Source: Armatimonadota bacterium (GTDB lineage: Bacteria > Armatimonadota > SYMT01). From it: a stretch of DNA of 64,000 nt. Position 1 is the first letter of the stretch. Each line of letters begins with the position of its first letter. Where the stretch lies: assembly GCA_041690135.1 (NCBI GenBank), contig JAWLHY010000001.1, positions 1,559,199 to 1,623,198 on the forward strand, written 5' to 3'. Shown in pieces: positions 49,586 through 59,128 of this stretch. A program made the translations under genes and the position numbers. The notes under the pieces were generated by a model. The model saw only the letters and a list, made by a program, of their open reading frames with translations. It did not search any database and was not told the origin of the DNA.

Positions 49586-51222
49586 CGGCGCGTCTCGACC
49601 TCATCCCCCGGGCGAAGTCCCGGCGTGTTCGACATGATCACGGCTTCGCCGGCCGCAACTTCGCCCAGGAGTGCCGCATAGCGCTCATCCTGCGTGGGGA
49701 CGCGGACCGGCACCTCCGCCACCTGGCGACGGCGCACAACCCAGACCGAGGTCACCTCCCCATCCGTGCGCAAGGCCTGAACGGGCACGGTAACCGCCGA
49801 GGAGAACCGCTCCACCACAACCTCCGCGCGGGCAAAGCCACCGGGCTTCAGCAGTCCGGCCGGAGCGGAAAGGTCGATGCGGACCGGGAAAGATCGCCCG
49901 TCCCGTGCCGCCACGCTGCCCACCGAATGCACCGTCCCTCGCAGTTTCCGGCCCGGCAGTGCGTCCACCAACACCTCGGCTTCCTGCCCCTGGCGCAGGT
50001 CGGCGAGCAGCCGGGAAGGGGCTGCCGCATCGAGGTAAACGCCGGCGGAGCCGATCACTTTAACCAGGGGGTGCCCAGGCCCGGCCATCTCACCGACGCG
50101 AGCGGTGATGTTGGTGGCGACCCCATCCACCGGGCTGACGATGTCGGCAGAAGTCACCTGCTGCGCCGCGAGCCGGGCTGCGGCCTCCGCTTGCTCGTAG
50201 GCGGCTTTCGCGGCGCGGATGTCCGCGCGTACCAGGTCGAGCTCCGCTCGGGTGGACTCGGCTGTGCGCAACCCGTCCTCGGCTCGCTGGAGTTGGGTCC
50301 GCGCCGCGGCGACATCCGTGCGGTCCACCTCGTCCCGCGCCGCCGCGGCCCGCGCCGCCTCGAGTCCGGCAGTGGCGCTTTTCACCTGCGCCTCGGCCGC
50401 GGCGATCTCTTCCGCCGTAGCGCCGGCCTCAATCAATTCCAGTTGTGCCTTGGCCTGGGCCAGCCCGTCGAGCGCCTTCTGGTAGCCTTCCCGCGCCTCG
50501 TCCACCTGGATCCTTGGTACGCCACCCTTGCCGTGGAGGAATTCCAGGTCCTCCAGGTTCTTCTTCGCCAGGTTCACGCCGCGCTGGGCCTGCTGCACGC
50601 CGATCTCGGCCTGCCGCTTCTGCTGGGGGCGCGCACCGCGTTTCGCCTTGGCCAGGGCGCTTCGGGCGGCATCCACCCCGGCCTGCGCCTGGGCCACGGT
50701 CGCCTCCGCCGCCTTCTTCTGCAGGCGAATTCCGGCTTCCGCCTTCTCCACCTGCAAGCGCGCCTGCTCCACCCCTCGCTGGGCCTCCGTAATGCGTCGC
50801 TCGATCTCGACGCGCTTCAGCTTTTCGCCCTCCAGGGCTTTTTGCCAGTTGGCCCGTGCCGCCGCGACCCCGGCCGTCGCCTGCTCACTCTGCCGCTTCG
50901 CGTCCGAGGGGTCCAGCCGGACCAGCACCTGCCCCTGGCGCACGGATTGGCCTTCCGTCACCAGCACGGCGACGATCTTCCCTCCCTGCTTGGGCGAGAG
51001 CGAGGCTTCACTCCCGCTCCGGAGGGTGCCGGCCAGGCGGAGGGTGCGGGTCATGGGACGCGCCTGTGCCGCCGTTACCTGGACCACGGGAAGGGGGGCC
51101 ACCGCGGCAGCCTCCGCCTGGGCACTGGCGGCTCCAGTCTTGCGGTTGACCAGCGGGGCCACCACGACCGCCGCCATCCCGCAGACCACGCCGGCGATGA
51201 TTACCGATCGAAGAATGGACAT
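49576..51222 (-). CDS. RND periplasmic adaptor (MFP) with a very long coiled coil
   Basis: Lipoyl half-motifs V.EGQSVRQGQVLVRLD and IVSPVDG; extended Ala/Gln-rich helical region. Confidence 0.9.
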   Translation of the reverse strand: MSILRSVIIAGVVCGMAAVVVAPLVNRKTGAASAQAEAAAVAPLPVVQVTAAQARPMTRTLRLAGTLRSGSEASLSPKQGGKIVAVLVTEGQSVRQGQVLVRLDPSDAKRQSEQATAGVAAARANWQKALEGEKLKRVEIERRITEAQRGVEQARLQVEKAEAGIRLQKKAAEATVAQAQAGVDAARSALAKAKRGARPQQKRQAEIGVQQAQRGVNLAKKNLEDLEFLHGKGGVPRIQVDEAREGYQKALDGLAQAKAQLELIEAGATAEEIAAAEAQVKSATAGLEAARAAAARDEVDRTDVAAARTQLQRAEDGLRTAESTRAELDLVRADIRAAKAAYEQAEAAARLAAQQVTSADIVSPVDGVATNITARVGEMAGPGHPLVKVIGSAGVYLDAAAPSRLLADLRQGQEAEVLVDALPGRKLRGTVHSVGSVAARDGRSFPVRIDLSAPAGLLKPGGFARAEVVVERFSSAVTVPVQALRTDGEVTSVWVVRRRQVAEVPVRVPTQDERYAALLGEVAAGEAVIMSNTPGLRPGDEVETRRWD

Positions 51223-51281
51223 AAGGAGAACTAGAATGTAACCACGTGCAAGGGTCGGGAGTGAAAAGATTGCGACCCCTT

Positions 51282-52760
51282 CTATTTACGGTCGTTCGGG
51301 CCGGGGTGTCTCTCCGGATCGTTCTGCCGCTCCCCATCGGGGGCCGGCTCCAGGGTCGGTCCTTCCCCCAGGGCGCGCGAGAGACGAGCCTGCGCCAGAT
51401 GGAGGTCGAGGACAGCCCCCGCCCGGTCCGTTAACGCACGGACCAGGGAGAGGCGGGCGTTGAGGACCTCGACCTGCACGGCCCTACCCCTTTCCAGGCG
51501 CAGGCGCACGATCTCGAGCGCTTTCTCGGCAGCCTCCACGGCGCGTTCGGCCAGGGCGATGCGCTGGCGGGCTTCCCGCAGCGAAAGGCGCTGCTGCTCG
51601 ATTTCGAGCTGGACGCCCTGCTCGCGGGCCGTGAGGGCGCTCTTGAGCTGCGCGAGGCGTTCCTCGGCCTCCCGCACGGTGTACCGGTTAACGGCCCCCG
51701 AGAAGATCGGCACGGAGATGCTCACGCCGGCGGATAGGCCACTTCGTGGTACCAGGGCCGTTTCCGTCTGAAGAGCGTAAGCGGCCTCCACGCTCACTCT
51801 CGGCTGACGGGCCGCGCGCGCGAGGCGAATGCCGGCCTCCGCGGCTTCAATGTTCTGGCGCAGTTGCTCCAGCTCCGGTCGCTGGCGGAAAGCACGCTCG
51901 CTCAGCGCTTCCAGCGTTTCGGGCTCAGGCGGCAAATCACCCGCCGCGGTCAGCAGCAGGGCGGCATCGACGGGGCGGCCCATCACCCGGTTCAGATTGG
52001 CCCGCGCGAGAGCCGCGCCGTTCTCCGCCTGCACCACCCCCGATTCGGCCTCCGCGGCGGCGCGCCGGGCTTCCAACAGGTCCACTTCCGCCTGCAGCCC
52101 CTGTTTCACCAGCAGGTCGGTCAGGCGAGCATTCTCGTCGGCCAGCACCTTCCCGCGACGAGCGATGTCGACCAGCGCCTGCGTTCGCAGTGCGGTCAGA
52201 TAGGCCTCGCGCGCCTGCAAAACCGTGTCCAGTTCGGCGGCCCGGTATTCGGAGCGAGCCGCGCCCTCCATGGCCTCGGCCCGGCGGCCAGGCGCGTCCC
52301 CCACTCCGAACTGGTAGATCGGCTGGCGCAGTTCGATCGCGAGACGGGAGATCGAGTTCGGCAGCACCACTTCATCCGGCCGGCCCGGTAGGTCCACCCG
52401 GGGGGTGCGAAACACCTGCGACCCCACGGCGTTCACCTCGGGCCGGAACACCGGCCGGTTGCGGTCCGCATCGATGAGGCCTACGTTGCGCTCGCGCCGG
52501 GCGATCTCCAGGGTAGGGCTCTGGCGCAGCGCCTGCAGCACGGCGGCATCCAGGGAGAGGGGACCTGCGGTCTCCGGCGCATTTTCCGATCCCGAGGCAC
52601 CGACCACACTCTCCTGGGAGGAGCCGAGGGTGGCAGCGGGCGTAACCTGCCGCGATACGGTGCCGTTGGTAGGATCGGAGGCCGCGTCTACTCCGCCACC
52701 CGTGGCGAAATAACCGAGGAGCAGGGAGCAGGCTACGGCACGTGTAGGATGAATGGGCAT
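51282..52760 (-). CDS. TolC family outer-membrane efflux protein
   Basis: Signal peptide, LSLDAAV..AL and two OEP repeats; first gene of the operon. Confidence 0.9.
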   Translation of the reverse strand: MPIHPTRAVACSLLLGYFATGGGVDAASDPTNGTVSRQVTPAATLGSSQESVVGASGSENAPETAGPLSLDAAVLQALRQSPTLEIARRERNVGLIDADRNRPVFRPEVNAVGSQVFRTPRVDLPGRPDEVVLPNSISRLAIELRQPIYQFGVGDAPGRRAEAMEGAARSEYRAAELDTVLQAREAYLTALRTQALVDIARRGKVLADENARLTDLLVKQGLQAEVDLLEARRAAAEAESGVVQAENGAALARANLNRVMGRPVDAALLLTAAGDLPPEPETLEALSERAFRQRPELEQLRQNIEAAEAGIRLARAARQPRVSVEAAYALQTETALVPRSGLSAGVSISVPIFSGAVNRYTVREAEERLAQLKSALTAREQGVQLEIEQQRLSLREARQRIALAERAVEAAEKALEIVRLRLERGRAVQVEVLNARLSLVRALTDRAGAVLDLHLAQARLSRALGEGPTLEPAPDGERQNDPERHPGPNDRK

Positions 52761-52923
52761 AACGCTTGCCGGAACGGTTCCACGAGGGCGGCCGGTAACT
52801 GCCGGTCCGGGGTCCAGAGGCGTAAGGGAAAAAGAAGGGTGCGGAGAAGCCGCGGAAGAACCGCTCTTCTCCAGCCTTCAGTTTAGAACATCCGGCGGGT
52901 CACAGGAAGGTTTGGTTCGATCG

Positions 52924-54438
52924 ATGTTGCGGAGTGCGGATTCGGAACACTTGGCGCCTGGAACAGGGGCGAAGGCGGACCGGCGTGGAAAGCGCCGCCT
53001 TATTCCCTGGTTGTTGTTGCCCGCGGCTCTGGTGGGTGTTGGAATGAGCTTGCGTTCTGTACTGGACGTGTCCACCCGGCAGGCAGCCGTCCCCCAGGGC
53101 GCTGCTCTTCTGGCGGATGGGACGTACGTTCGGCTCGTTCAAGCCTCTTTCGGTCGGGCCCACCGCCTGGGGCCTCCCCCACCCCGGTTTCCCTGGCTCG
53201 CCGGCAAGCTTCCGGACTGGTTGACGGGCCGCCAATCCCACCTCCCCACGATCCAGACCAGCTATCCGAGCGATTACATGGTCTTGTGGCTCACCCGCCA
53301 TTCCCCTTCGCGGCCACAGCGGAGCGTCCCCATGGATACCTGGAGGGACTATCACCTCCTCGATTCGCACGGTTGCCGCTTCGATGAAGGGCAGCGGACC
53401 CTGCGCACGGAGGGAAAGAAGGGCTCGCACTCCTCCAGCACCGGCCGCGGCGACCGTTTCCCGCCGCCTTCCAGCACGGACCCGAGTGCCTACAGCGTGG
53501 GGCTGGCCGCTCTCTCCTCTTTTCCCCGCCGCGAGCCGGCGATGACCCTCCAGCTGTTCGGCGAAGGCTGGGGAGACAAAGTGGAACTCGAAGTGCGCCA
53601 TCCCCTATCCACCACCTACCCGGAGTGGACGCCCGACGGCTTACCGGCGGTCCTGACCGACGGCGACGTAACCGTGCGGCTGACCGAGATAACCGGCCGC
53701 CTGAACCGCTGGGACTCGAATGGCTTCGAAGAACGGCACCAGCAACTGGATCCGAGGTTCGAGATTTTGCAGGACGGCCGCCGCACCGACGAATGGGCGC
53801 CAGGCGATCTCCAACTCTCCGATGCCACCGGTAATACGGCGCCATCCTGGGACGCGCGCCTCTGTACCCGGGAGAAGGCGTGGAAGCTCCGGGCACGGTT
53901 CTGGCGCAAGGCGGGTGCGCGCTTCGCCCCCGAAGAGATTTGGGAAACAGCGCAGGTTCCCGTTCCTCGCTCCGGTTCCATCCGTCCGCTTTCGGGCTCT
54001 GGAGAGGTCCAGGGTGTGAAGTTGGAACTCCTGGCGATTGCGGACCGCGGGTCGTACCGGTACAAGAACGGGGTGCCCTCGAAGCACGAAACTCCCCTGC
54101 GTGAGGACTACTCCGATATCAACCTCAGCACGGGCGGGTCTTTCACGTCTCGCGCCAATGGCATAACGGAGACCGACAACCATGTGGAAGCGGGACTGCC
54201 GCACGTCGGGGTGCGGGCCGAGGGCCTGCGCGAGGACCAGCACCTGGATCTGCTGGCGATTGATGAACAAGGGCGGAGAATCGCCAGCGAGCGCCAGGGC
54301 TCGAACGACAATGAGCGCTATTTTACCCTCAAGCTACCGAAGGACGCTCGCATGCTGACGCTGCGGTTTCTGGTGCACCGCTGCCGCACCGCGGAGTTCT
54401 TGATCCAGCCGCCCGCCTTCCGGGAGAGGGGCTCGTAG
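52924..54438 (+). CDS. Hypothetical membrane-anchored protein
   Basis: Long ORF with one N-terminal TM. Start approximate. Confidence 0.7.
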   Translation: MLRSADSEHLAPGTGAKADRRGKRRLIPWLLLPAALVGVGMSLRSVLDVSTRQAAVPQGAALLADGTYVRLVQASFGRAHRLGPPPPRFPWLAGKLPDWLTGRQSHLPTIQTSYPSDYMVLWLTRHSPSRPQRSVPMDTWRDYHLLDSHGCRFDEGQRTLRTEGKKGSHSSSTGRGDRFPPPSSTDPSAYSVGLAALSSFPRREPAMTLQLFGEGWGDKVELEVRHPLSTTYPEWTPDGLPAVLTDGDVTVRLTEITGRLNRWDSNGFEERHQQLDPRFEILQDGRRTDEWAPGDLQLSDATGNTAPSWDARLCTREKAWKLRARFWRKAGARFAPEEIWETAQVPVPRSGSIRPLSGSGEVQGVKLELLAIADRGSYRYKNGVPSKHETPLREDYSDINLSTGGSFTSRANGITETDNHVEAGLPHVGVRAEGLREDQHLDLLAIDEQGRRIASERQGSNDNERYFTLKLPKDARMLTLRFLVHRCRTAEFLIQPPAFRERGS

Positions 54439-54439
54439 A

Positions 54440-54500
54440 TGGGAAATTGTAAATTGATAATTTGAAATTTGCATTTTGTAATTATCAATTTGCAATCCCA
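54440..54500. terminator. AT-rich inverted repeat between convergent genes
   Basis: ATTGTAAATTGATAATT / AATTATCAATTTGCAAT (16/17 complementary), built from AAATTG-like units. Confidence 0.55.
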
Positions 54501-54501
54501 A

Positions 54502-54723
54502 CTAATTACGCGAGCAGGAGCCCGGTCCTCGCGGATCGCCGCAGGTTCCGCAGGGTCCCACTGCGGGGCGCTCGGGGGCGGACTTCGCGTTTACCGCGAA
54601 AACGGAAAGCTGGCGAGCCAGATCCCGGCTCCGGCACGTGGGGCATTCGGGTTCGGAGGAGGCGCTGACCAGCTTCTCGAAGCGATGGTCGCAGCCGCGG
54701 CAGACGTATTCAAAGATGGGCAT
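54502..54723 (-). CDS. FmdB family zinc-ribbon protein
   Basis: MPIFEYVC..C...FE...CPTC.S and a C-terminal CGTC. Confidence 0.88.
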   Translation of the reverse strand: MPIFEYVCRGCDHRFEKLVSASSEPECPTCRSRDLARQLSVFAVNAKSAPERPAVGPCGTCGDPRGPGSCSRN

Positions 54724-55193
54724 AAGAGACCTTCCTGCTGAAAGAGTTTCGGTGGAATTGTACCATTCTTGTCCCCGTACCTGTAGAGGCGTTGGTCGTT
54801 TCAGTTTTCCTGACAGCGCATCACTCTGCCGACCCTGCGGAGCTCTTTCACACCGGCATCAGGACCGAGGGCTCGCACCCCCCTGCCGCATGCACCCGTT
54901 CTCTCTTCGCCCATCCAGGGCTGTGAACCGGTCCTGCCCGAAACTGAACCGCCTTGGGTAGAGACGGGGGTATCGGTTCTAGCGTCTCGCGACTCTGTCG
55001 ATCGGCCGCTGCATTCGCCCCGGTAAGGGGAACACCACACGGCAAGGCGGGTGTTAACCCAAGGCCCGGGGGGCGGAGACTCTGCCCTACATCTGCTGGT
55101 GCAAGCACTGAGCTCATGCCGGTCACCGGGAGGTAGTCCTGCCGCGACACAGAGCGGGCGGGTGCAATCAGAACTCAGGCGACAAGTAACCCA

Positions 55194-55502
55194 CTAGGCG
55201 GGTTCCGGAAGCGGTCCGGCCGGGGGTTCCGGCTCCATCGGCAGGGCCGGCGGCGTCCCCGTGGGGGCGCGTTCCGCCTCGTACTCCGCCTTTGCCTCGC
55301 TGAACACCTCCCTGCACTGTTGCGTGCAGCAGCTGAAGGCCTTCCCGGTCCGCTCCGCCAGGTGCGAACATCCGGCCATGGCCTTCTTCGCCAGTGGGCG
55401 CCCCTTCTTGATCAGGATGGGAGCCAGCACGGCCGCTCCGATTCCCACCGCGACCCATCCGCCCTTTCCGCTCAATCTCTTCGCCACTTCCTCAAGTGCC
55501 AT
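55194..55502 (-). CDS. Small membrane protein (DUF5132-like)
   Basis: GIGAAVLAP...RPLAKKA...SEAKAEY; AGAGGAGG RBS. Confidence 0.65.
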   Translation of the reverse strand: MALEEVAKRLSGKGGWVAVGIGAAVLAPILIKKGRPLAKKAMAGCSHLAERTGKAFSCCTQQCREVFSEAKAEYEAERAPTGTPPALPMEPEPPAGPLPEPA

Positions 55503-55820
55503 GGGATCCTCCTCTTTGTCTTGTGGATGGCCCGGTGTACGCGACGCCCCGGAACCACTCCATCCCCAGTATTCCCCTGCGCGCCGTGGATGACGCCCTT
55601 CTCGCTGGGGGGTTGGATTGGATGAACATCGGGAAAGAGGCGTGAGAGGCTCTAAAGCCCGGCCTCGCGGGCTGAGATACCGGGTGTTTGCCGGAGGTCC
55701 GCGAGATGCGAACGAAGACGGCGCTAAAAGGACCGGCTTGCGTGGGGAGCGCAGAAAGATGGCCTCCCCGTGGGAGTGGGAGCGTCCGGATAGAGATACC
55801 GAACAACGGGAGGTAGATGT

Positions 55821-56876
55821 ATGTCTTTAGGAAGGGAGCGAGGAACGATCGACATCCAGCGCACCCAGGGCGGATTCAACTGGGTGTGGTTGATCGTCGG
55901 GCTCATCGTGCTCGGGCTGATTGCCTGGGCGCTTTACGAGGCCTTTGATCGAGACCAGCCGGCGACCGCGCCGCCGACGGCCGGACCGCAGGCGGCAGCC
56001 ACGATCAACAACATCGTGACCAACCCCAGTGAGTTCATGGGGCGCACGGTGACGGTAAGCGGCGAAGTGGGTGAGGTGATCGGCCCCCGAGCGTTTACGA
56101 TTGGCGAGCCGCAGGAACTGCTGGTCGTGGGCGCCAACGAGCTTCCCACGATCGCCCAGGGAACCTTCGAGGGTGAGCTCACGCCGGATCGCACGGTGCA
56201 GGTCACCGGACCGGTGCGCACCTTCGACCTGGCGCAGGTAGAGCAGGAGATCGGCTTCGATCTCGACGACAACCTGTTCGCCAACTACGCGGGACGGCCG
56301 GCGATCGTCGCGCAGTCGATGAACGTCAGTCCGGCTCCCACGGCGGCTGGCACCCCAGGAACGCAGGACGTCCCCGTGACCATCAGCATGATCGCGGACA
56401 ACCCGAGTGAGTTCATGGGCCAGAACGTGACCGTAACGGGCGTGGTGACGGACATCATCAACGAGTCGGCTTTCACGCTCCGCTCTGCGGGCGGTACGGG
56501 TAACGAAGTGGTCGTGGCGGGAGCCGCGAACATGATCCCGTCGATCAGCGAAGGCAACCAGGTTCAGGTAAGCGGTACGGTGCGCCAGTTCGACCTTCAG
56601 GAGTTCGAGACGGCCCTGAATGCAGACTGGAACGATAACTTGTTCGCTGACTGGACGGACCGGCCGGCAATCATGGCGAACAACGTTTCCATGCAGCCGG
56701 GACAGACCGGCCAGATGGGCCAGCCTGGAACGCAACCAGCCCAGCCGGGGACGACCCAGCCGGGTATAGGCCAGCCGGGTACTGGCCAGCCAGGCACGAT
56801 GGAACAGCCGGGCACGACGATGCAGCCCGGAACCCAGGGCGGTACCCCGCAGACGCAGCCGGCCCCCGGCATGTAA
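55821..56876 (+). CDS. Membrane-anchored protein with two tandem OB-fold-like repeats and a QPG-repeat tail
   Basis: Duplicated NPSEFMG..VTV.G.V...VQV.G.VR.FDL...DNLFA...RPAI unit; GGAGG RBS. Confidence 0.85.
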   Translation: MSLGRERGTIDIQRTQGGFNWVWLIVGLIVLGLIAWALYEAFDRDQPATAPPTAGPQAAATINNIVTNPSEFMGRTVTVSGEVGEVIGPRAFTIGEPQELLVVGANELPTIAQGTFEGELTPDRTVQVTGPVRTFDLAQVEQEIGFDLDDNLFANYAGRPAIVAQSMNVSPAPTAAGTPGTQDVPVTISMIADNPSEFMGQNVTVTGVVTDIINESAFTLRSAGGTGNEVVVAGAANMIPSISEGNQVQVSGTVRQFDLQEFETALNADWNDNLFADWTDRPAIMANNVSMQPGQTGQMGQPGTQPAQPGTTQPGIGQPGTGQPGTMEQPGTTMQPGTQGGTPQTQPAPGM

Positions 56877-56927
56877 GGTGCTGACCTTCCACAGCCGATC
56901 GAGCGGATCGGATCAAAGGGAGAGCTG

Positions 56928-56987
56928 ATGAATACGGGGTGTGGGCAGGTCCAGGAAAAGGACACCCACTCCCCGTTTTCATTTTTC
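56928..56987. terminator. Long hairpin between convergent genes
   Basis: ATGAATACGGGGTGTGGG / CCCACTCCCCGTTTTCAT followed by a T-run. Confidence 0.6.
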
Positions 56988-57704
56988 CTGAGTTGCAAGC
57001 CACGCGGCGAAATCCGCCATAGAACCCGCCGCCCCGGCGGCGCCTTCCGGTCCCGCCGCGATGCGCAGAGCTTCAGCCGGGCGGCAAAGCAACACTCCGG
57101 AGATCTCCTCCTCTGGGTAGGACAGCCGCGCCAGGCCGCCCGGAGTGAGAACGGCGCCGAAGAGTTGTCGCACTTCCACGTCGTGCCAGGGTCGCTCCCC
57201 CGCTTCACCGGCCCCAAAGTAGACGGTGGGGTTCCCAATGGGGGTCAATCCTGGCGTCTCCAGGAGGCGGTCTTGTTCCGATACCGGCAGGCCCATCTCT
57301 TCTTCCAGTTCGCGGGCCGCGGCCTCCAGATAGGTGACCGGATGCGGCGTGACTTCGGCCGGAAGTGATACGTGACCCGTTACCGTCATGTCCCAGCGGT
57401 CCGGAAACTGCGCTTTAGTGCGGGAGCGGCGCTGGAGCAGGATGAAGCCATTGGGCACGGCGAGGCCGACGTGAGCGGTGCAGTGTGGGATCCCGAGGAG
57501 GTGCGCCAGCCAGCGCGGAGCGAAGGCGCCCGTCGGCAATCCTTCCAGGGTGCATAGCACCAGCCATTCCTCTTCCGCGGGCACGGCGGCCCAGGACCAT
57601 TCCGCGGTCAATCGAGCGACCTCCGCCTGGTCCGGAGGCGCGGAACGGAAGCGGACACGCAGTTGCTGGATAGTCTCGAGGCTGTGATGGAAGCGAGTAT
57701 TCAC
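56979..57704 (-). CDS. NUDIX hydrolase (IPP-isomerase-like)
   Basis: LLQRRSRTK..FPDRWD..VTGH and AARELEEEMGL. Confidence 0.85.
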   Translation of the reverse strand: MNTRFHHSLETIQQLRVRFRSAPPDQAEVARLTAEWSWAAVPAEEEWLVLCTLEGLPTGAFAPRWLAHLLGIPHCTAHVGLAVPNGFILLQRRSRTKAQFPDRWDMTVTGHVSLPAEVTPHPVTYLEAAARELEEEMGLPVSEQDRLLETPGLTPIGNPTVYFGAGEAGERPWHDVEVRQLFGAVLTPGGLARLSYPEEEISGVLLCRPAEALRIAAGPEGAAGAAGSMADFAAWLATQEK

Positions 57705-57735
57705 GAAGCGATTGTCGGTTTCTCGCCGGCGCTCG

Positions 57736-59052
57736 TCAGGCAGCCTTGCGCTCCTCCCGGCCGGTGGGGCGAACCAGCACCCGGTCCACCCGGTTACCGT
57801 CCATGTCGACCACCTCGAACTCGAAGCCGCGCCAGTTGAAGCGGTCGCCTACGTGGGGCAGGCTTCGAAGCTGCGCCATCACCAGCCCCCCGAGGGAATC
57901 GTAAGAGCGCCCTTCGTCGTCCGGTTTGCCGGGCAGGGCGAGGGTTTCCCACAGGCGGTCCCGCGGCAGCATTCCATCCAGCAGCCAGGAGCCGTCATCG
58001 CGGTGGACTACTTCGGGGTCGGGGGGCGCGGCCACCAGCGGCACGTAGCCGACCACCGCCTCGAACACGTCCTCCAGGGCGACCATGCCCAGGATGTTGC
58101 CGTATTCATCCACCACCAGTGACGTGTGGGTTCCCTGCTCTCGGAACTTTTCCAGCACGTCCAGCGGGCTCAGACCCTCGTACATCAGTAGCGGCTTCTG
58201 GACCATCTCGGCCAGGCGGTCCGGGTCCTCCCCCGCGGCCAACCATTCGCGCACGTTGAGCACGCCGACCACGTCGTCCAGGCTCTTACGCGCGACCGGG
58301 ATGCCCGCATAGGGGTGTTCCGTGAGTAGCTTACGGATTTCGTCCCGCCCCGGAGTGTCCGAGAGATCGATCCAGGGTATTTCCGACCGCGGGCGCATGA
58401 TGCTGGGCAAACGCTCGTCGTCTAGCTTGAGCATGTTGGCGGCCAGGTCGCTCTCCACCCGCTCCAGTACCCCTTCTTCGGCGCCCCGCAGGATTCGAGC
58501 GCGGATCTCGGCTTCCGAGGCGGGCGCCTCCTGACGGCCGCTTCGGCCCATCAAGCGGAGGACGAAGTCGGTTGAGGCACTTAAGAGGGTCACGACAGGT
58601 GCCGTGACGCGGGAAAGCCACGCCATCGGCCGGGCGACCGTGGCGGAAATGCGTTCCGGGCTCTGCATCGCCAGGCGCTTCGGCACGAGTTCTCCCAGTA
58701 CCAGCGTGGTGTAGGTGATCGCCACCACCACCACCACGGTGGCTACCATCTGGTTGTACGGCCCCACGACGGGAACCCCTTCCAGGGTACCGGCCAGCAT
58801 CTGGGAGAGGGTCGCCTGACCGAAGGCGCCGGAGAACACGCCCACCAGGGTGATCCCGATCTGGATGGTGGAGAGGAACCGATTGGGCTCCTCGGATAGC
58901 TCGCACGCCTTGGAGGCTCCCTCGTTCCCCTCCTCCCGCAACTGCCGGAGGCGCATCTTGCTGGAGGAAACGATGGCGATCTCCGACATCGCGAAGACGC
59001 CGTTCAGGAGGATCAGGATCAGGACGGCGGCGATGAGAAACAGGACTTCCAT
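57736..59052 (-). CDS. Hemolysin/CNNM family protein (DUF21 + CBS + CorC)
   Basis: NGVFAMSEIA, LGELVPKRLA and VVDEYG...LEDVFE. Confidence 0.93.
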   Translation of the reverse strand: MEVLFLIAAVLILILLNGVFAMSEIAIVSSSKMRLRQLREEGNEGASKACELSEEPNRFLSTIQIGITLVGVFSGAFGQATLSQMLAGTLEGVPVVGPYNQMVATVVVVVAITYTTLVLGELVPKRLAMQSPERISATVARPMAWLSRVTAPVVTLLSASTDFVLRLMGRSGRQEAPASEAEIRARILRGAEEGVLERVESDLAANMLKLDDERLPSIMRPRSEIPWIDLSDTPGRDEIRKLLTEHPYAGIPVARKSLDDVVGVLNVREWLAAGEDPDRLAEMVQKPLLMYEGLSPLDVLEKFREQGTHTSLVVDEYGNILGMVALEDVFEAVVGYVPLVAAPPDPEVVHRDDGSWLLDGMLPRDRLWETLALPGKPDDEGRSYDSLGGLVMAQLRSLPHVGDRFNWRGFEFEVVDMDGNRVDRVLVRPTGREERKAA

Positions 59053-59128
59053 GGGGCGGCTGCACTCCCTCCGGATCGGGTCTCAGCCATGCATCCCCAG
59101 AACCCGATGGAACCAACCGTCCTCAGTC

